Positions 60,122-64,000 of a DNA stretch of 64,000 bases are shown here, piece after piece (within the stretch, counting starts at the first letter, position 1; each line of letters opens with the position of its first letter). The position numbers and the translations under genes are program-made. Origin of the DNA: Nitrospirales bacterium (GTDB taxonomy: Bacteria > Nitrospirota > Nitrospiria > Nitrospirales > UBA8639); contig CBDCWC010000002.1 in the NCBI GenBank assembly GCA_965223295.1, forward strand, positions 96,001 through 160,000, written 5' to 3'. The notes below the pieces were generated by a model. That model was not told where the DNA came from. It was given only the letters and a program-made list of their open reading frames with translations, and did no database searches.

Positions 60122-61957
60122 TTAGGCCCGTTTGGCTTGGTTGCGGGCCGCGCGGCGTTCGTTGTCGGTGAGGAAACGTTTGCGTAGCCGGATATTTTTG
60201 GGTGTCACTTCGACCAGTTCATCATCTTCGATAAATTCTAACGCAAATTCCAACGTCATTTCCCGTGGAGGAATGAGGTTGATCGCATCATCCGATCCGG
60301 CTGCGCGAATATTGGTGAGTTTCTTTTCGCGGATCGCATTGACCACAAGGTCGTTCCCTTTATTATTAATGCCGACCAACATCCCTTCATAAATATCGGC
60401 TCCCGGATGAAGGAAGATTTCTCCTCGATCTTGCAACCCCCACAATCCATAGGCCACGGCTTGTCCTGGACCATGAGAAATGAGGACGCCGGCAGAACGA
60501 TGAGGAATATCACCCTTGTAGGGTTGGTATTCATAGAAGATTTGCGACATGATCCCGGTCCCTCTGGTCATCCTCAATAATTCACTCCGAAATCCTAAAA
60601 GAGCCCGTGAGGCAATGTGGAATTCCATACGGACGGTGCCTACCGAGCTAATTTGGAGGTCTTTCATGTCAGCTTTTCGGCTCCCAAGCGCTTCAATTAC
60701 GGCGCCCTGATATCCGGGATCGACTTCCACTACCACCAGTTCAACGGGTTCCAGAACTTCTTTATCGATTTCTTTGAAAATAACTTTAGGCGGAGACACT
60801 TCCAATTCAAAGCCCTCGCGCCGCATGGTTTCAATTAAGATGGATAAATGGAGTTCGCCTCGTCCAGAGACTTTAAAGCGTTCTCCTCCATCGGCTTCTT
60901 CCACTTTGATGCCGACATTCATCATGGCTTCGTGCGCGAGGCGTTCTCGAATATGACGAGATGTGAGAAATCGCCCGCCGTCTTTTCCAGCTAACGGACT
61001 GGTGTTGTGTGAGAAGTTCATAGAAATGGTGGGTTCATCCACATTGACAGTCGGCAGAGCTGTTGGATTTTTAGGAGAGGCCAGGGTTTCGCCAACGCGA
61101 ACATCTTCAATCCCAGCCAAAGAAATAATGTCTCCAGCTTGGGCAGATTCGCTCTCGATACGAGTGAGTCCTTGGTAGGTCAAGAGTTTCGTGACCTTTC
61201 CCTTCGCGACGTTCCCATCTCTTTTGACGGCGACAATTTGATTGCCAACTTCAATTTTTCCATGGACAATCCGGCCAACGGCCACTCGACCGATATAGGA
61301 GTCATATTCCAACATTGTTACAAGCATTTGAAAGGGTTGTTCAGGGTCGGCCACCGGTGGCAAGACTCGATGGATAATGGTGTCTAGTAAGGGTTTCATA
61401 TCTTCGACGGGATCGTGGAGATCTAACGTGGCTTTCCCATCTTTGCCGGAAGCATAGACAATGGGGAAGTCCAATTGTTCGTCAGTGGCGTTGAGTTCAC
61501 AAAACAAGTCGAAGGTCTGATTCACGATTTCTTCGGGCCGCGCATTTGGGCGGTCAATTTTGTTAATGACCACAATGGGTTTCAAATGGAGTTCCAAGGA
61601 CTTTTTGAGGACGAACTTAGTTTGGGGCATCGGGCCTTCAAAGGCATCCACCAAAAGTAGTACGCCGTCTACCATTCGGAGAATTCGTTCAACCTCACTG
61701 CCAAAATCGGCATGGCCTGGGGTATCGACTAAATTGATTCGAATATCTTTATAGTCCAGTGAGGCATTCTTAGAAAAAATTGTGATTCCGCGTTCTTTTT
61801 CCAGGGGATTTGAATCCATGATGACGGCTTCACCTTCTTTGAACACATGGGCGCCGGTCTGTTTGAGCAACGCGTCAACCAAGGTGGTCTTACCATGATC
61901 CACATGCGCGATGATGGCGACATTGCGAAGGTCCTTGCGTCGTTTTTGATTAGGCAT
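60122..61957 (-). CDS. typA: Translational GTPase TypA/BipA
   Basis: [39 protein letters not shown] and [11 protein letters not shown] motifs. ORF-track start is 61987. Confidence 0.97.
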   Translation of the reverse strand: MPNQKRRKDLRNVAIIAHVDHGKTTLVDALLKQTGAHVFKEGEAVIMDSNPLEKERGITIFSKNASLDYKDIRINLVDTPGHADFGSEVERILRMVDGVLLLVDAFEGPMPQTKFVLKKSLELHLKPIVVINKIDRPNARPEEIVNQTFDLFCELNATDEQLDFPIVYASGKDGKATLDLHDPVEDMKPLLDTIIHRVLPPVADPEQPFQMLVTMLEYDSYIGRVAVGRIVHGKIEVGNQIVAVKRDGNVAKGKVTKLLTYQGLTRIESESAQAGDIISLAGIEDVRVGETLASPKNPTALPTVNVDEPTISMNFSHNTSPLAGKDGGRFLTSRHIRERLAHEAMMNVGIKVEEADGGERFKVSGRGELHLSILIETMRREGFELEVSPPKVIFKEIDKEVLEPVELVVVEVDPGYQGAVIEALGSRKADMKDLQISSVGTVRMEFHIASRALLGFRSELLRMTRGTGIMSQIFYEYQPYKGDIPHRSAGVLISHGPGQAVAYGLWGLQDRGEIFLHPGADIYEGMLVGINNKGNDLVVNAIREKKLTNIRAAGSDDAINLIPPREMTLEFALEFIEDDELVEVTPKNIRLRKRFLTDNERRAARNQAKRA

Positions 61958-62181
61958 GACAAAAATTCCTTTGTACAGGATGGACACATCGCACCAGGCA
62001 CTTAAACGTGATCGTTTAAGGCTCGCGGGTCTTTATCGAGGCCGGTCTGCGGAGATTTGAGCAACGACACCGACCAGAACGGCCGGAGAATGGCTTGGTC
62101 TTACCAGACGGTCGATTCATCTTACACGGTACCGGAACAACGGAGTTAACGCAACCGGAAAGCTTCTGGGGTTACCCCGAA

Positions 62182-63492
62182 TTAGTAGGAGATGTCGAGA
62201 AACTTGACGGGGAGTTCTAAGGTAAAGGTGGCGCCTAGACCTGGGCCTTCGCTCAAAGCCGTAAGGCTTCCTCCTAAATTTTTGGCGGCGATGGCATTGC
62301 GATGGAGGCTATCTCCCTGGTCGCTTCCTGATGTTGAACAAGATTGGGCAAAAATTCTTTGGAGATTTTCGTTCGGGATTCCAATGCCTGTATCGCGTAC
62401 CTGGACGATGACTCGATTCTTGTCTGCTGAATGCAAATGAACCCGAATGGTAATGTGGTGCAGATCTGAGTCTTGTTGCTGAATGGCAACTTGAGCATTA
62501 CGAATTAAGTTGTTCGCAATTTGGACAATGGATTGCTTGTCCGTAATCACTTGGGGAAGGTCGGCATAGTCTCTGGTTATGGTAATGTGCTGGCGCTCAA
62601 GTTCCTGAGCATTCATGTCTAAGGCGCTTTCGATCAGGTCTTTCAAGATCATGGGTTCATGAATGGCGTTGGTTTGCGTCAGATCCTGCTGAGCAGTGAT
62701 GATGTCATTGACATGATCAATTTGCCCAATTAAGGAATCCAGGTCCTGACATGTCTGAGCATGCTGATCGCGTAAATGGTCTCCGAGTTGCCGGAGAAAG
62801 GCCGGGATTTTTTGGCCTTTGGCATCTTGAGTCAGGAACGATCCTAAGTCTTCCTTATGGTGTTCCAACAGGCTAGAAATGCGCTTCACATCCTGAATGG
62901 GCATGTCACGAACATGTTGTGCAATGAGGCCCGCGGAGACATTCAAGCTGTTTAACACATTGCCAACATTGTGGAGAACGTCAGTGGCGACTTCTGCCAT
63001 GCCCAGCCGGCGAGAACTTTCCAAAAGCTCATGGGTCAACCGTTCTCGTTCAATAGCGGCTTTGCGACGTTCTTGCGCATGTCGTATGACCCGTTCCAAA
63101 AGGCCGGGGTTGGTTTCCCCCTTGACCACATAATCGGCGGCTCCCAGTTTAATGGCTTGCATGTCAATTTCCGGATCAGTCGTTCCTGTCAGCATGATAA
63201 TGGGTACACGGCAGCCGAATCGCAGCGCTTCCCCTAGAACATCCAGTCCGGTTTCTTTGCCGAGGCAATAATCCAATAGGCAAATATCGTGAGTATCTTC
63301 TTTGAGCCTTTCCAAGCCTTGGCGAAAGGTTGACACCCATTGGACATCAAAGGTGCGGCCTCGAACCCTGGTCAACATGGCTTCTGCGATCAGAGCATCA
63401 TCTTCGTTGTCATCAACAAGAAGGACACGCATAGGGACAGTGTTCATGTTGGAGCTGGCAGTCTCTATTGGAGGTTGAGTCGTTTCAAGCAT
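62182..63492 (-). CDS. Hybrid receiver + histidine kinase
   Basis: N-terminal VLLVDD/LLDY receiver, HNVGNVLN H-box, DTGIGI and GPGLGATF motifs. Confidence 0.9.
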   Translation of the reverse strand: MLETTQPPIETASSNMNTVPMRVLLVDDNEDDALIAEAMLTRVRGRTFDVQWVSTFRQGLERLKEDTHDICLLDYCLGKETGLDVLGEALRFGCRVPIIMLTGTTDPEIDMQAIKLGAADYVVKGETNPGLLERVIRHAQERRKAAIERERLTHELLESSRRLGMAEVATDVLHNVGNVLNSLNVSAGLIAQHVRDMPIQDVKRISSLLEHHKEDLGSFLTQDAKGQKIPAFLRQLGDHLRDQHAQTCQDLDSLIGQIDHVNDIITAQQDLTQTNAIHEPMILKDLIESALDMNAQELERQHITITRDYADLPQVITDKQSIVQIANNLIRNAQVAIQQQDSDLHHITIRVHLHSADKNRVIVQVRDTGIGIPNENLQRIFAQSCSTSGSDQGDSLHRNAIAAKNLGGSLTALSEGPGLGATFTLELPVKFLDISY

Positions 63493-63526
63493 CTGTATTC
63501 TATTCCAGGAAGGTTTGGTTAGTGGA

Positions 63527-63925
63527 TCACAATGCTAGGCAGACGTTGGGATGTTCGATAGCAGCTCGCAAGGCTGCTAACAGATAATTGAAATCGTAAG
63601 GTTTTTCAAAAAACGCCGTTTCTCCAATGGCCATGGCTTTTTGGCGTAATTCGGGTTGTTTGCTAGCCGTCAAAAAGATGATGGGAGCGTTTTGGCTTTT
63701 GGTCGACGTTTTCAAGCGTTCTGCCAGCGTCAGTCCGTTGCCGCCGAGCATCGTAATATCAAGCAAGATCGCATCAGGACTGGTATCCATGGCTTTTTGC
63801 ATGCCCATGACGGCATCAAAGGCTAGTGCGGTCTGATATCCACGTGCGTTTAAGCGGACCTCTAAGGCTTTGGAAATATTTTCATCATCTTCAATAATCA
63901 ACACTTTGTGGTTCATCTCAAGCAC
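63527..63925 (-). CDS. Response regulator (receiver)
   Basis: VLIIEDD, ILLDI, FLTAS and EKPY motifs. ATG at 63916 is an alternative start. Confidence 0.9.
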   Translation of the reverse strand: MLEMNHKVLIIEDDENISKALEVRLNARGYQTALAFDAVMGMQKAMDTSPDAILLDITMLGGNGLTLAERLKTSTKSQNAPIIFLTASKQPELRQKAMAIGETAFFEKPYDFNYLLAALRAAIEHPNVCLAL

Positions 63926-64000
63926 TCCTTTGCTTTGGCCTTGAACCTCGTATAGTGAAACTAAATGTACTGCCCTGTCCCACTGTGCTGGAAACCGACA

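Noticed and set aside
61990-62180. Possible structured leader upstream of typA
   Set aside because: Only a short hairpin (CTTAAACG-TGAT-CGTTTAAG) is visible, with no recognisable riboswitch consensus.

Overview
64 kb of bacterial chromosome at roughly 50% GC, with mostly scattered housekeeping and signalling genes: glnS, ettA, purE, pyrE, lpxC, dapF-like, typA, ogt, trmI-like, a sigma-70 factor, HDOD/GGDEF/HD-GYP proteins, two-component genes, c-type cytochromes and a TonB receptor. Gene content and intergenic repeat style suggest Nitrospirales, which is an inference only. No rRNA, tRNA, CRISPR array, integrase or transposase was recognised. Three things stand out. (1) Three diverged paralogues of a fused double BrxD/DUF2791-like P-loop protein occur without any other BREX gene. 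In each, the N-domain has lost Walker A and the catalytic Walker B Glu, while the C-domain keeps them. Two follow an unknown 292-aa ORF and the third follows a DUF6499/DUF2285 (FseA-like) regulator. (2) A structured element of about 180 nt is present twice, with compensatory base changes in several stems. (3) A MITE family has 8 copies, 4 with exact 5-bp target-site duplications, and carries a nested series of palindromic inserts. Several gene remnants were also found (PEP-CTERM tail, USP start, frameshifted beta-barrel, nonsense-interrupted AT-rich gene), plus a DapF with both catalytic Cys replaced by Ser. All family assignments come from motif recognition, not database searches.
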